This document shows, piece by piece, positions 9,312-21,207 of a stretch of DNA of 39,472 bases. The DNA is from Jimgerdemannia flammicorona (lineage: Eukaryota): positions 1 through 39,472 of the forward strand of contig RBNJ01000140.1 in assembly GCA_003990765.1 (NCBI GenBank), given 5' to 3'. The notes under the pieces were generated by a model, which saw only the letters and a program-made list of their open reading frames with translations, searched no databases and had not been told where the DNA came from. Both the position numbers and the translations under genes were made by a program. Each line of letters starts with the position of its first letter. The first letter of the stretch is position 1.

Positions 9312-12300
9312 CAACCTACTCCAATTTTCCACTGCACCTCACCCTCACCTAATATCAAATGACCCTGACTCCCCACTATAATATCTTGTACTTAACTACC
9401 CCCAACTTCTGTTGCCTATCCTGGTACCACCAACCCTGTATTACTTCCCATACTAGCCAATGCCATTGCTCAACCAGGTCCCCAATTCTCATCCAACATT
9501 CGCCTTCAAAGACCCATCACCAGTATGCTGCCATTAAGACCCACACTCCTAAAATCCACCCAACACCTCCCCAAATGTCCCCAACATCTCCCACCAGTCT
9601 CCTCCAGATGATGACACTAATCGACTCTCCCAGCCTCCTTCTATCAGAGCCCCAATATTCCTCCAGCATCTGCCAATAGCCCTCCACCCCTGGACAGGCC
9701 TCAATGACATGCTCTGGGGTCTGAACTACTTCTCCAGAGCTCTCTGCACACCATTCACAATTTCTGCATCTATTGACCACCATCCATCCTGTCTGATAGT
9801 TCAACATGACATTCCTTCTCAGAAACCTCCACCAAACCACCCAATACCGAGGAGATACCACCTTATTCAGAGTAGTGGCCCATCTCCAAATTCTACCCCA
9901 TTTCCACATCTTACCAATACCAGCTGTCTGCCATCCCACCGGCCACCGCTCAAGAGGGCCTGACCTGGCCCATTCCATTGCCTCAACCAGAGAGTAGTCC
10001 TTCAGCTCCTTTCCTCCTATCCTAAGTAACTCAAGTTGCTACCACCACTGCTCAGGGTCCACCCCCTCCTCTATTGCTGCCACCTCTGGCCCCATTAGGC
10101 CCATCGTAAGCCAGGCCTCCACGATGCCCCACCAGAACCCTTTGAACTGCATTCTCCCCACAGACCCAACCTGAAGTAGCCCTCGCAGATCCTTCCTCTC
10201 CGTGCCCTAGAGGCAGAACCTGATCTTCCAATTGTCCATTGCCAATCTGCCCCAGCTCTCTTCTCCTAATTCCACTAGTTGGCGACCCCACCAGCCCCTA
10301 AGTGCCTTCAACCTTCACCGAAAGTCCACCAACCCCAAACCACCATTAGGAATTGGCCGCACTAATACTTCCCATCCAATCTGTGGCTGTCTACCCTTCC
10401 AGAGCCACCCTTCAATAGCCTTCTTGAGACACCACACTACCCAACCTGAGAAATCTAGGTGATAACCCAGGTACCACAGCTTCGGCAGCCAGTACACATT
10501 CAGGACCACCACTCTTCCTGCTAGAGAGAGGTTTCGACCAGCCCAATCCATCAGCACACCTTCCCATTTTTATACCATGGAATTCCACCACTCCTTCAGC
10601 AGAACAGTCCCAAAAACTGAAAACCATATCCCTAAGTACTGGACTGTCTCTTCCTTAGACACTACTCATCCAAGCCCTGCTACCCCTAAGTCTGCACCAA
10701 GCTCTAAGGTTTCACACTTCCTCCAGTTCAACTTTGCACCCGCCAACCCCTCATACTATTCTATTCCTTCCCTTAGAATGTCCACATCCTCCACACTGCT
10801 GAGCCCCACCACCATGTCATCTGCAAAGATCCCCAGTTGCTAAACTACCTCACCCATATGCTGTCTATTCAGCTGTCCTCTCAGCCAGGCCAGCACTGGC
10901 TCTAATGAGAGGATATAAAGAAGCAGAGAAAGAGGGTTCCCTTGTAGAACCCCTCTTCCCAAGGTAAACTCTGGACTGCTCCAGCCATTCATCAGTACTG
11001 CCCCTCAGCAGCCTCACACCAGCCCCATCAACCATCCAACCTCTCTTAGCTGAAATCCTACTTTCTGGAGTCCCGCTTCTAGGTAACACCACCATACCCT
11101 ATCATAGGCCTTCTCTTGATCCAAAAAGACTATCCTCCCATCAATCTGCCTACTCCTACAGCCTTCCAAAACATTTTGCACCCAGGCAGTACTGTCTCTA
11201 ATTTGCTGACCCTTCACAAAGCCCCTCTTCTCTTCTCCTATCAGTCTTCCAACCCACTGCTACAATCTTCCCACTAAGATTTTGGAGGCTAGCTTCCTGT
11301 TGACATTCGGCAGCATGATCGGCCGCCAATTACGCCACTCCCTCCTGTCACCTTTCTCCTTGTACAGCAAAGACACCAGACCCAAACTTCCATTCCCAAT
11401 CCACCTTCCTTCTTCAAGTACAAAATTAACCATTTCAACAAGCTAAGCTCCAAATTCCACCAGAAACTCCTTCCAAAATTCCCAAGGGAGACCATTCTCC
11501 CCTGACAAAGAACCACTCGGTGCCTTCTGCAAAACCTCCAACACCTCCTCCAAAGATACTCTGCTGAATACTGATGCTCCAATCTCTGGTAGTGACACTA
11601 CTGGCCAATCACATTCTAGAGGTGCCTCTGCAACATCCTCTACTCCAACACCCCCTCCCATGTCATCATCACTCTAAAGGGTCCGCCATTGTCCTGAGAT
11701 CTCCTCCAACATATCCACTATACTGGTGACCTCAACACTATCCTCTTGCAAAACTGAAGACCAGCTGTGTCGAACATTCCTCACCTTCAAGACACCAGAT
11801 AGGTACTTAGTCAGTCTTTCACTCTCTTCCAGTCATCTAGTCCTTAGGCACACTAGGAGCCCATCTACAACTCTATTCTCAGCCTCCCTCAAGGTTGCCT
11901 TTAAGTTGACTACTTCTCTAGTAAGTTGACCCTTCCTCTCTTCTGCCAGTGAACCATCCTTCAACAGCTTCAGCTGCCACCTCAGACCCCTTTCAACTCT
12001 CCTTTCCTTGTCCTTTTGCTCCTTTCCTACCACTTCTCTGGTGTCTCTCCAATATGCACCAGCAAGGTGCTTAAATCTGCCCCACCAATCTGCAATAGAT
12101 AGACCTCCAGCCACCCATCATCCTACTTCTTGTTGGGTCACATGGACGAATCACTCTCATTCTGCTGAATGCTGGAGCAGAGCTACATTGAGATGTCAGT
12201 ACCCGCCTCCCCCATTAATTGCCTGGAATCTCCCACTCACCTCCACTCCCCAATGGTCTGACCATGGGCACCACCATATCCCGACTGCATTGAAAACATT

Positions 12301-12945
12301 ACCCCAATGTTCAGCTACCAGCACCCAGTCAATCCATGTACCAACTATCCCATTGTCTATAGAATGCCACCTGGTAAAGGGGTCTGACCCATCTCCTGCC
12401 CTCAATCGTACACCATCCACCAATCCCATGCCCTTCTCCACCTAAAGCCACTGAGACAGCCCTGGAGAGACTGCTACCCCAGCCCTGCCATCAGACTGAT
12501 CTAGAGTACAGTCCCTAACTATATTAAAGTCACACACCAAAATGTCCAACCCTAGAGTCACTCAATCCTCCCAAGCCAGCCACTCCTCCACCCATTGCTT
12601 TCGCTCTCTGCCAACTGCTGGCAGATATACAGAGCCCACCAAGAGTCCATCTCCTTTCCCTCTCTTCAACCTTCCCCACACCAATCGATCACCAAAAAAT
12701 TCTATATCAACTAACTCCCCCTTCTCAACTTTAACCAGAATACCAACTTGCTTACTCTAACCCACATTCCCAAACCATTCCTGACTCCACAACTCATAGT
12801 CCTCCTCCCCATAGGCTCAAATATCTTGAAGAAATACCACATCATACCTCCAGACCTTCAACTATCGAAAGAGATGCCACTGCTTCACACCATCTTGCAA
12901 GCCATTGATATTGATAGACAGAATTCATAGGTCATACTTCATCAT
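9312..12945 (-). pseudogene. LINE-A ORF2 (AP endonuclease - RT - C-terminal Cys/His finger)
   Basis: ILSININGL; WIDWV...WSDH; GENGLPWEFW; FLDQEKAYDRV; FADD; YLG; CEWC...PEHVIEAC. Confidence 0.92.
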
Positions 12946-12959
12946 GGAAAATTTTGAGT

Positions 12960-14828
12960 TTAGATATCGACCGCCACTGCTGCCACCTTCTCAGCTCAGC
13001 CCTTAATGATGTCTTGATACTCCTCACAGACTGCTCACCAAATTCTTTCACCATTGACACTGCTGCAGAAGAAGTCCACTCACTTGGATGCCACCTTACA
13101 GATATCTGCCATTCGGTCATCATCTACCTCATACCCTTCATCCTCCAGAAGGGCTGCCACCATTGCAGTCACAAACTTCAGTCTCTACAGTGCCACCTTG
13201 AGAAATCCTTCCCACGTCTCCAGAGAACCCTGAAACACATCCACTTTCTTAATATCATCCTCTGCCAGCTCCTCCAGAACTGCCTGGAACCAACCATCTG
13301 CCACTATAGCCATCGGCCCCGGAGTTGCAGGCCTAGGAGTCTGGCAAAGCTCCTGAAGCAGTTCTCTGTCTGCTGAAACATCCAAAGTGACATCCACCAG
13401 CTCATCCTCTTCAGAGACCTTATCCAGCCTCACTATCTCCCCTGCTTCTAGACATTCCCAGTGTACATTCACTGACCTAGCCATCACCATGTCTTCCATC
13501 AGAGTTTCAGGAATTACCTCCACATTTTCTTTGAATCCTTCTCCTTGCTCTTCCTCACCACTCACCCACTTTCCTGTCACTGGTGTATGTGCTGATTCCT
13601 CCACTCCCCCCAACTGCAAGAAGGACACCTCCACCACCTCCACCCCTTCTATTTGATTCCTGTCAGATGCTACCCTTTCAACCTCCTCCTCCTCAGATGC
13701 TTGCAGCACTGCCTGCAGCTGCTCCCAGTTCATCCTATGCCATCGCTTCCTCTTGCATTCTGTCTCAATCCAGATCCAATCCTTAGCAAATTCCTCCCAT
13801 TTTCTTTTCCACAAAGCCTTTGCCTCATCACGCTCCTCGAGGGCTATCAGCAGCTCCTCTTCTTCCTGCTCGGAGCCTTTCCTCCTCCAGACCCAGCAAT
13901 GATGCTCCCCAACATGAATGACCTCTGGCCAGTCTCGCCCCAAGCCAGTTGCCTCCTTTCCCTCCAGCCACACCATTGCCTCATAATTACCATTCCTCAA
14001 CTTGGTGCCCTCCCAAAATGTAAATCTGAAATCCACCATCTTGCCAAAGCCTTCCAGAGCCTTGGCGATCACCATCTTAGTCTCCTGCCTGCTCAGCATC
14101 AGCAGTCCTTCCACCACCAACCTCACTGCATGCGGGTCCTATCTCAGGCACCTCGCCATCCCCACCTTAACATTCTTGACCATCAACCCCTTCTCCAAGG
14201 CCTTCACCATGGCCTCCTCCTCAATGAATCCAACCTCTACCACCTCTGCCGAGAGGATAAACCTCAGTGACTCAGTCCCTGCAACCTCCTCACCCACCAG
14301 CCATAGAACTTCCTTGGCCAATAGACCAAGGCCCAAGAAGTTGGTGGAGACTGCCCACGACAACACTGACTTATGGAAGAACAGTCATACCACCAGCTCT
14401 CCAGTTCCTACTGCCAGAGTTACCTTGTTCTTACTACCAGATATGCCAGCCACCATCTCGCTAGGAGCTACTACACCACCAGCAGTCCCATCTCCAGCCC
14501 CCAGCCCAGCCCCAGGAAAGCCAGTCCCAGCTATCACACCCCTGCACCCCTGACCCCTGTCAGGTCCCTGGCCAGTCAGCTGACCAGTCACCTGACATCC
14601 ACCCCTGTCAACACTACACCCCTGCTGCCCCCCAACTGTAGGCCTAGCAGCTGCCCGCTTACTCCCCACCACTGTATGCCATCCACCCAATCCTGCTACT
14701 GATCTATGACCTCCTGTTTGCCCTCCAGCCCCTCCTTGACCAGCTGCTGCTGTGAAACTCTTGGGGAGGCCCAGGCCAGGTCTCCTCCTCTCTAGGCACT
14801 CTGAGCTTAATGAGCCTTAGGTCGCTAT
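12960..14828 (-). pseudogene. LINE-A ORF1
   Basis: Fragments at 14385-14690, 14139-14366 and 13185-14126 are homologous to ORF1 of LINE-B and LINE-C. Start is approximate. Confidence 0.8.
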
Positions 14829-15179
14829 ACTATGGAAACTTGATGGATTTGAATGAAACTTACTGTGAATTATTGCCAGACTTCTGCCACACCTTGCACA
14901 CCAGTATGAACGAAGTGAAAACTTGAAAACATATTGCTTTTCGCAAAAGGTTGTCTATGTGGCTTAGCTCGCTCCAAGTGGTTTGAGCAAAAGAAGTCTG
15001 TGATCAGGGGACTCCTTTTGCTCAAACTATTCAGAGCAAGCTAAGCCACATGGACATCTTTTCATGACAAGCAACACATTTTCAAGTTTTTCTGTCATCT
15101 ATTCTGGTGTACAAGGTGCAACAGGAGTCTAGCTACAGTATACAACAAGTCTCATCTGTTTCAGTGGAGTTTTCATCGG

Positions 15180-16990
15180 ATGGTAACCCAAGGTTCATCA
15201 AGTTCTAAGCATTTGGAAAGAAGGAGGCCTGGTCTGGGTCTTCCTAAAAGTTTTGCAGTGACAGTTGGAGCTGGTGTAGGGGCAAGAGGAGTAGGTGGTC
15301 AGGGGAGAAAGGCTGGTATTGAGAGTTGACACACAGTGATGGGGGGCAGGAGGGCAGTTACTAGGCCCATGGAGGTAGGGCAGGTGGGACATAGTATTGA
15401 CAGGGGTGACGGGTCAGGTGCCTGCTAGGGGCCAGGGGTCTGGAAGTAGTGTGGCTGAGACTGGTATTCCTGGGGCTGGGCCAGTGGCTGGGGTGACTGC
15501 TGGAGTGTTGGATAACAGAAAGAAGGCGATGATGGTAACAGGTTCTGATGAACTGGTGGTGTGTCCCTTCTTCCACAAGTTGGTGTTGACATGGACCATT
15601 TCAGCAAATTTTCTGGGACTGGGGATGTCTGCTAGGGAGGTCTTGTGGCTAGTGGGACAAGAGATTGCAGGGGCTGAGTCACTGAAGTTCATCCCATCAG
15701 CTAAGGTAGTTGAGATAGGATTTGTCAAGGAGGAAGAGATGGTGAAGGCCCTGGAGAATGGGCTGGTCATCAAGAGCATCAAGGTTGGTATGGTGAGGTG
15801 CCTGAGATGGGACCCATGGACAGTGTAACTGGTGATTGAAGGGCTGCCAACATTGGGGAGACAGGAGACCAAAGGAATGGCAGCAGAGGCACTGGGGGCA
15901 TTTGGTGAGATGGTTGATTTTGGATTCATGTTCTGGGAGGGGACTAAGCTGAGGAATGGCAATTGTGAGGTGATGGTGAGGCTGGAAGGCAAGGAGGCCA
16001 CAGGGCAAGAGAGGGATTGACCAGAAGTAATTTATATCAGAGGGCAGGAGTGTAAAGTGTGGAGAAGGAAGGGTTCTGAACAGGAGGAGGAGGAATTGCT
16101 AGTTGCCCTAGAGGCTAGAGAGGCTGCAAAGGAACTGCAGAAGTAGAGATAGAAGGAGTTTGCCAAAGACTGGATCTGGATCCCAATAGATGGGAGGAGG
16201 AAGAGGTGGCAAAGAGAAAACTGAGAGCGCCTGCAGACAGTCCTCTAGGGCTTAGAAAGAGAGGAAAAGGAAAGGAGCAGAGGAGGCCAAAAATCAGATG
16301 GAAGAGGTGGAGATAGCTGAGGTGTCCTTTTCACAACTAGGGGGTGTGGAGAACTCCACTCATGCACCAGTGAAGGGGAAGTGGGCTGATAAGGAGGAGG
16401 CGACCACTGGGGGCTTTGAGGAGGTTATCGAGGTGGTACCAGAGACCCAGTTGAAGGATGTTCGCATGGCGGAAGTGGCAAATGTTCATTGGGAATGCCC
16501 AGAAGCAGGTGAAGTGATTCAGCTAGAGAAAGGCACTGAGGAGGATGACCTGGTGGATGTGGCTTCTGATATATCAGCAGATAGAGAGATACTGCAGGAG
16601 CTGAGTAGGACCCCAAGGCCAGCCACTCCTGGGCCCATAGTGATGATGGTAGATGACTGGTATCAGGCAGTGCTTGAGGAACTTGCAGAGGAGGATATCA
16701 AGGAAGTGGATGTATTCAATGGATTGCAGGAGACCTGGGAAGGGTTCCTCAATGTGGTATTGCAGGGGCCAAAGTGGGTGACAGCGATGGTGGCAGTGCT
16801 TCTGGATGATGAAGAATATGAGGTAGATGAGGACCATATGGCTGATATCAGGAAGGTGGCATCAGAGCGAGTGGATGCCTTCTGCAGTGGTATGAATGAA
16901 GCCCGTATCTGGAGGGCTATCTGCGAGGAATGGAAGGCAATAATCTGTGGTAGGGCTGCAAAGGTGGTGGTGACTCCAGCTGAGCTCTAA
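15180..16990 (+). pseudogene. LINE-B ORF1
   Basis: Fragments at 15397-15828, 15832-16020 and 16298-16990 align with LINE-A ORF1 (for example FWEGTKLRNGN and TPRPATPGP). Confidence 0.82.
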
Positions 16991-17002
16991 ACATTTATAT
17001 CA

Positions 17003-20000
17003 ATGATGATGAACAGTCTATGTATATTATCACTAAATGTCAATGGTTTGCATGATAGAGTAAAGCGAAGGTATTTGTTTCAGTAGCTAAAGATCAGGAG
17101 GTATGACATAGTATTTCTGCAGAACATTTGGGCCTATGGGGAGCAAGATTATAAGGAGTGGAGCAAGGAATGGTATGGTAGTACAGGGTGGAATGAGCAG
17201 GTGGGCATCTTGGTTGGCTTGAGGAGAGGAGAGCTGAAGGAGATTGCGATATATGGTGACCGATTGGTCTGGGGGAGATTGAAAGGAGGAGCTGGCAATG
17301 AGCTGGTGGTTGGTTCTATATATCTGCTGGTGGTTGGCAGAGAGCAAAACCAATGGGTGGAAGGTTGGCTGGATTGGGGAGGCCGAGATGAGATTGGGCT
17401 GGACATTCTGAGAGGAGACTTCAATATGGTGCATGACAGGACACTAGATAGGTCTGATGGTGGAGTCGGTGTGGCAGTTTCTACAGAGCCTCATGATGGC
17501 TTCAAGTTGAGAAGGAAATGGGATTGGTTGATGGAGTATGACAACATCAAGGTGAGAAGTCAGGGCCATTCACTAGGTGGCATCCAATTGGTAAGGATTT
17601 GGTTAGCATAAGGATTGACTGGATTCTGGTAGCAGAACACTGGGGCAATGTTTTGGATTCAACAGAGGTATGGTGGTGTCCCTGGTCAGATCACTGGGGT
17701 GTGGAGGTATGTGGGAGATTCCAGGTGGCCAGTAGCAGTGGAGACAGATAGAGACTTAATGTAGCACTACTCAAGAGACAGGTAGAGCAGGATCAGTTTG
17801 TTAAAATTACAAGACAGGAAGTGGCATAGTGGAAGAACAGTGGCCAGTCAATAACATAGTGGTGGGGGAAATTTAAACATCTGGCAGATGCATATTGGCA
17901 TGATGTAGGAGAGGTAGCTGAGAGAGAGCAGAAGGATAGAGAAAGGAGAGTGGAGCAGGGACTTCGCTGGTGGCTGAGACTTCTGAAAGGAGAGAATACC
18001 TCAGGAGAACGATGCTCCCTATTGATCAAGGAGGTGGCTGAGTTGTGGTCAGATTTGAAGGCAGCAGAAGATAGGGTAGTGAATGGGTTGCTGGCAAGAT
18101 TGCGAGCAAAGTGATTAAAAGAAGGTGAACGACCCACCAAATACTTATCCAGAATCTTGAAGGCCAGGAGGGTGTGGCACAGCTGAGCTTCAGTGTTGCA
18201 AGAGGATGGAACTGAGGTGACTGATATCACAGATATGCTTGGGAAGATCTCAGGTTGATGGTGCACCCTATGGCAGAATGATGGAGGGCTGGTGGAGGGA
18301 GAGACAGCACTGGAGGCTAATAACAATTTGGTTGGCAGCTGGCCAGTGATGGCAGAGCCTGCAATTGGTGGGGCGGTAATGGGTAGGGTGACCCTTGAAG
18401 AGGTGTTAGAGGTTCTGAGGAAAGTGCAGGCTGGTTCATCACCAGGGGAGGATGGACTGCCTTAGGAGTTCTGGAAGGAGTTTTGAACAGAGTTTGGGGC
18501 ATAGCTCGTGGAAATGGCAAACTTTATGCTGGGGGAAGGCTGCTGGATTGGCAATGGCTCCTTAGGGCTAGTCTCTCTGCTCTATAAGGAGAAAGGGGAC
18601 AGATGTGTGTGGTGGAACTGGAGGCCCATCATGTTACTGAATGTGAATAGGAAGTTGGTCTCCAAGATTCTGGTAGGGAGAATGTAACAATGGATTGGCC
18701 AATTGGTGGGTGATGAACAGCAAGGGTTTGTAAGGGGGAGACAGATTCGAGACAGCACAGCCTGGGTGCAAAATGTTTTGGAGGGTTGTAGAAGCCAGCA
18801 GGTAGATGGAAGAATAGTGTTCTTCGACCAGGAAAAGGCGTACAATAGGGTGCAGTGGAACTACTTGGAGGTAGTACTACAGAAGGCCGGGTTTGGCATG
18901 TGGGAGGCTCGAAAACTAATGGGTCTGGTGTGAGGTTGCCAAGCAGCAGTGTTGATGAATGGGTGGAGTGGCCCAGAGTTTTTCTTAGGGTGAGGTGTGC
19001 CACAGGGGGATCCTCTTTCGCCCCTGCTTTATATTTTATCTTTGGAGCCCTTGTTGGCATGGCTGAAGGGGAGGATTACTGGGTTGAATATGGGGGATAT
19101 GGTTTGGAAGCTGGGGGCCTTTGTGGATGATATGGTGTTAGGGTTAGGCAGTGTGGAAGATGTGGCGAGCTTGCAGGAAGGGATAGGACAGTATGAGATA
19201 TTAGCAGGGGCAAAGCTGAACTGGGGCAAGTGTGAGATCATGGAGCTTGGAGCTGGCTTGGGGGAGCATAGACACTTTGGACAATTAGTTGGTCCTGGGG
19301 AGGCAGTTCAATATTTGGATATCTGGTTCTTGGTATATGGGATGGTGCTGCCGAAAGAGTGGTGGTGTGGATTGATACAGAAGTGGGAGAATGCCTTGGT
19401 GGGCTGATCTAGGAGGGGCTTCTCTTTGATTGGGAGGATTGTAGTCTTGAATGTATATTGGTTACCAAAGCTGTGGTACTTGGGATACCACCTGGACTTT
19501 CCAGGATGGGTGGTACAGAAACTGAAGAAGGTGGTTGAAGGATGGCTATGGCAGGGAAGGAGACCATAGATTAGTTGGGAGATAATGGTGATGCTGAGGG
19601 CAGATGGAGGTCTGGGGCTGGTGGACTTGAGAAGACATCTGAAGGTACTTTGGGGCTGGTGAGGTTATCAAATGGCAGAATTAGGAGGGGAGGGTTGGAG
19701 CAAACTGGCTATGGATAACTGGGAAGTTAGATTCTGCCCCCAGAGTGAGGTTTGGAAGGATATGCAAGGTTTGCTCCAGGTTGGAAGGGTTGGCAGGTTG
19801 TGCTACCAGGGATTCTGGTGGAGTATTGTGGAAGCTTGGCTAGTGATGGGACTTATGGGCCCAGAGCCTGGTGAAGAATAGGAGGACCTAGAACAGCAAT
19901 GGTGGCAATTTAGTGTGATTTATATTAGTGGCCACCTGTTGGTTGAATACTCTCTAACTGGGGCGATGGAGTGGATCCAGGCAGGTCTGCTTGAGAGGTG

Positions 20001-20637
20001 GCCAGTTGGTTGGCAGAAGGCTGGGTTTGGAGAAGAGAGGGAGTGGGGTCGAGTTTGGGGCTGGGGGACCTCACTACTCAAGATTGCCCCACCTAAGTTC
20101 TGGGTGGTATAGTGGCAATTTTTGCAGAGGAATATCATGCTGGGGTATAGGATGGGGTGGATAGTAGATGAGGGTGCAAAGGAATGTGAGTGGTGCTGTG
20201 AGCTGGATGGGGGAGTAGTGCAGATGCCGGAGCATGTTCTGGTGGCCTGTCCAGGGGTTGAAGGATTTTGGTGGACATTAGAAGGTTATTGGGGGGAAGA
20301 GAGTGGACAGGCAGGGGGCCCCACTTGTCAGATGATCAAGCATAGACTGGTGGGAGATATTGGGGACATTTGGGGAGGCCTGGGTCGGATTATCAGCATC
20401 TGGATGCTGATAGCAGTGCACTGGCAATGGGTGTTCGAGAGAGATCCTTGGATGGAAATTGGAGAATTGGTGGAGCAGTGGAAGGGGTTACTCCTGGAAG
20501 TGGTGCAAGGGTGGTAGTATCAGGGGAAGAGGCACCAGTTGGGGGCCATGAAGAAGGTGTTAGACATTGTCCAGAGGAGTCAGGAGTATCTCGTACTTAG
20601 TGAGAAGGGGGTGAGGTGGAAAGAAGGTGTAGACTGA
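17003..20637 (+). pseudogene. LINE-B ORF2 (APE-RT-zinc finger)
   Basis: ILSLNVNGL; GDFN; RIDW; SDH; PGEDGLP; WRPIMLL; QQGFVRGR; DQEKAY; VPQGDPLSPLLY; FVDD; CEWC...PEHVLVAC. Confidence 0.94.
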
Positions 20638-20785
20638 AGGGCTCTTCCTTGTATTATGATTTAATAGTCAAGGGTTGGGTTCATTGTTGTTCTAAGGTAA
20701 TCGATGGGATACATGGATAGTGTAATTCTATAGACTAGTGGAATAAAGGAGTCCAAGTGACTATAAAAAAAAAAAAAAAAAAAAA

Positions 20786-21125
20786 TTGTTGGGTTCCAGG
20801 TATAGGAGGGGACATCTATTAGGACAGGTGATGTAGATGTGAGAATTAGACTTCCAGAAAGGGAGGCCATATGGAAAACAAGTAACTGGCCCTCAGTGTT
20901 GATGTGGGGGGCTTTTGTATAAGGGTGTTGAGGGTGAGAGGGAATGAAGAGGAGGAAGAGGACTTGTTGGAGGCCCTGGAGAAGTTGAGTGGTACTGTTG
21001 AGAGGAGGGCAAAGGCCTGGAAATTGTATGAGGAGTCGATGCATTTATGGAAAGCAGATTCGAACTGATAAGAAGCAGTAGGAGTAGGCCCAGGGGTGCA
21101 GGAGGTAGAGAGAGTTGTTGGTGAG
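20786..21125 (+). mobile_element. Internal ORF1 fragment of a family-2 LINE (probable host element, possibly part of LINE-D)
   Basis: Aligns to LINE-C ~22025-22375 (EGTSIRTGDVDVRI, WPSVLMWGAF, EEEEDLLEALE, WKLYEES). Confidence 0.88.
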
Positions 21126-21207
21126 GCACCTTTCACTGGTAACATTCAGGTGACACAAGACTCAGACAACACTTTTGACAATGTTTTGGTGAAAAGCGAC
21201 TAGCAAC

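Larger units (their letters stand above)
9312..14998 (-). mobile_element. LINE-A body (L1/Tx1-like non-LTR retrotransposon, family 1, full-length 5' end)
   Basis: Inverted homolog of LINE-B along its whole length; contains ORF1 plus APE-RT-CCHC ORF2. Confidence 0.93.
15010..20785 (+). mobile_element. LINE-B, full-length degenerate L1/Tx1-like element (family 1)
   Basis: 5' UTR shared with LINE-A, ORF1, ORF2, AATAAA at 20742 and an A21 tail at 20765-20785. Confidence 0.95.

Noticed and set aside
14999-15009. DNA transposon or recent fold-back palindrome
   Set aside because: The arms are diverged LINE copies with poly(A) tails at the outer ends, and there is no transposase.
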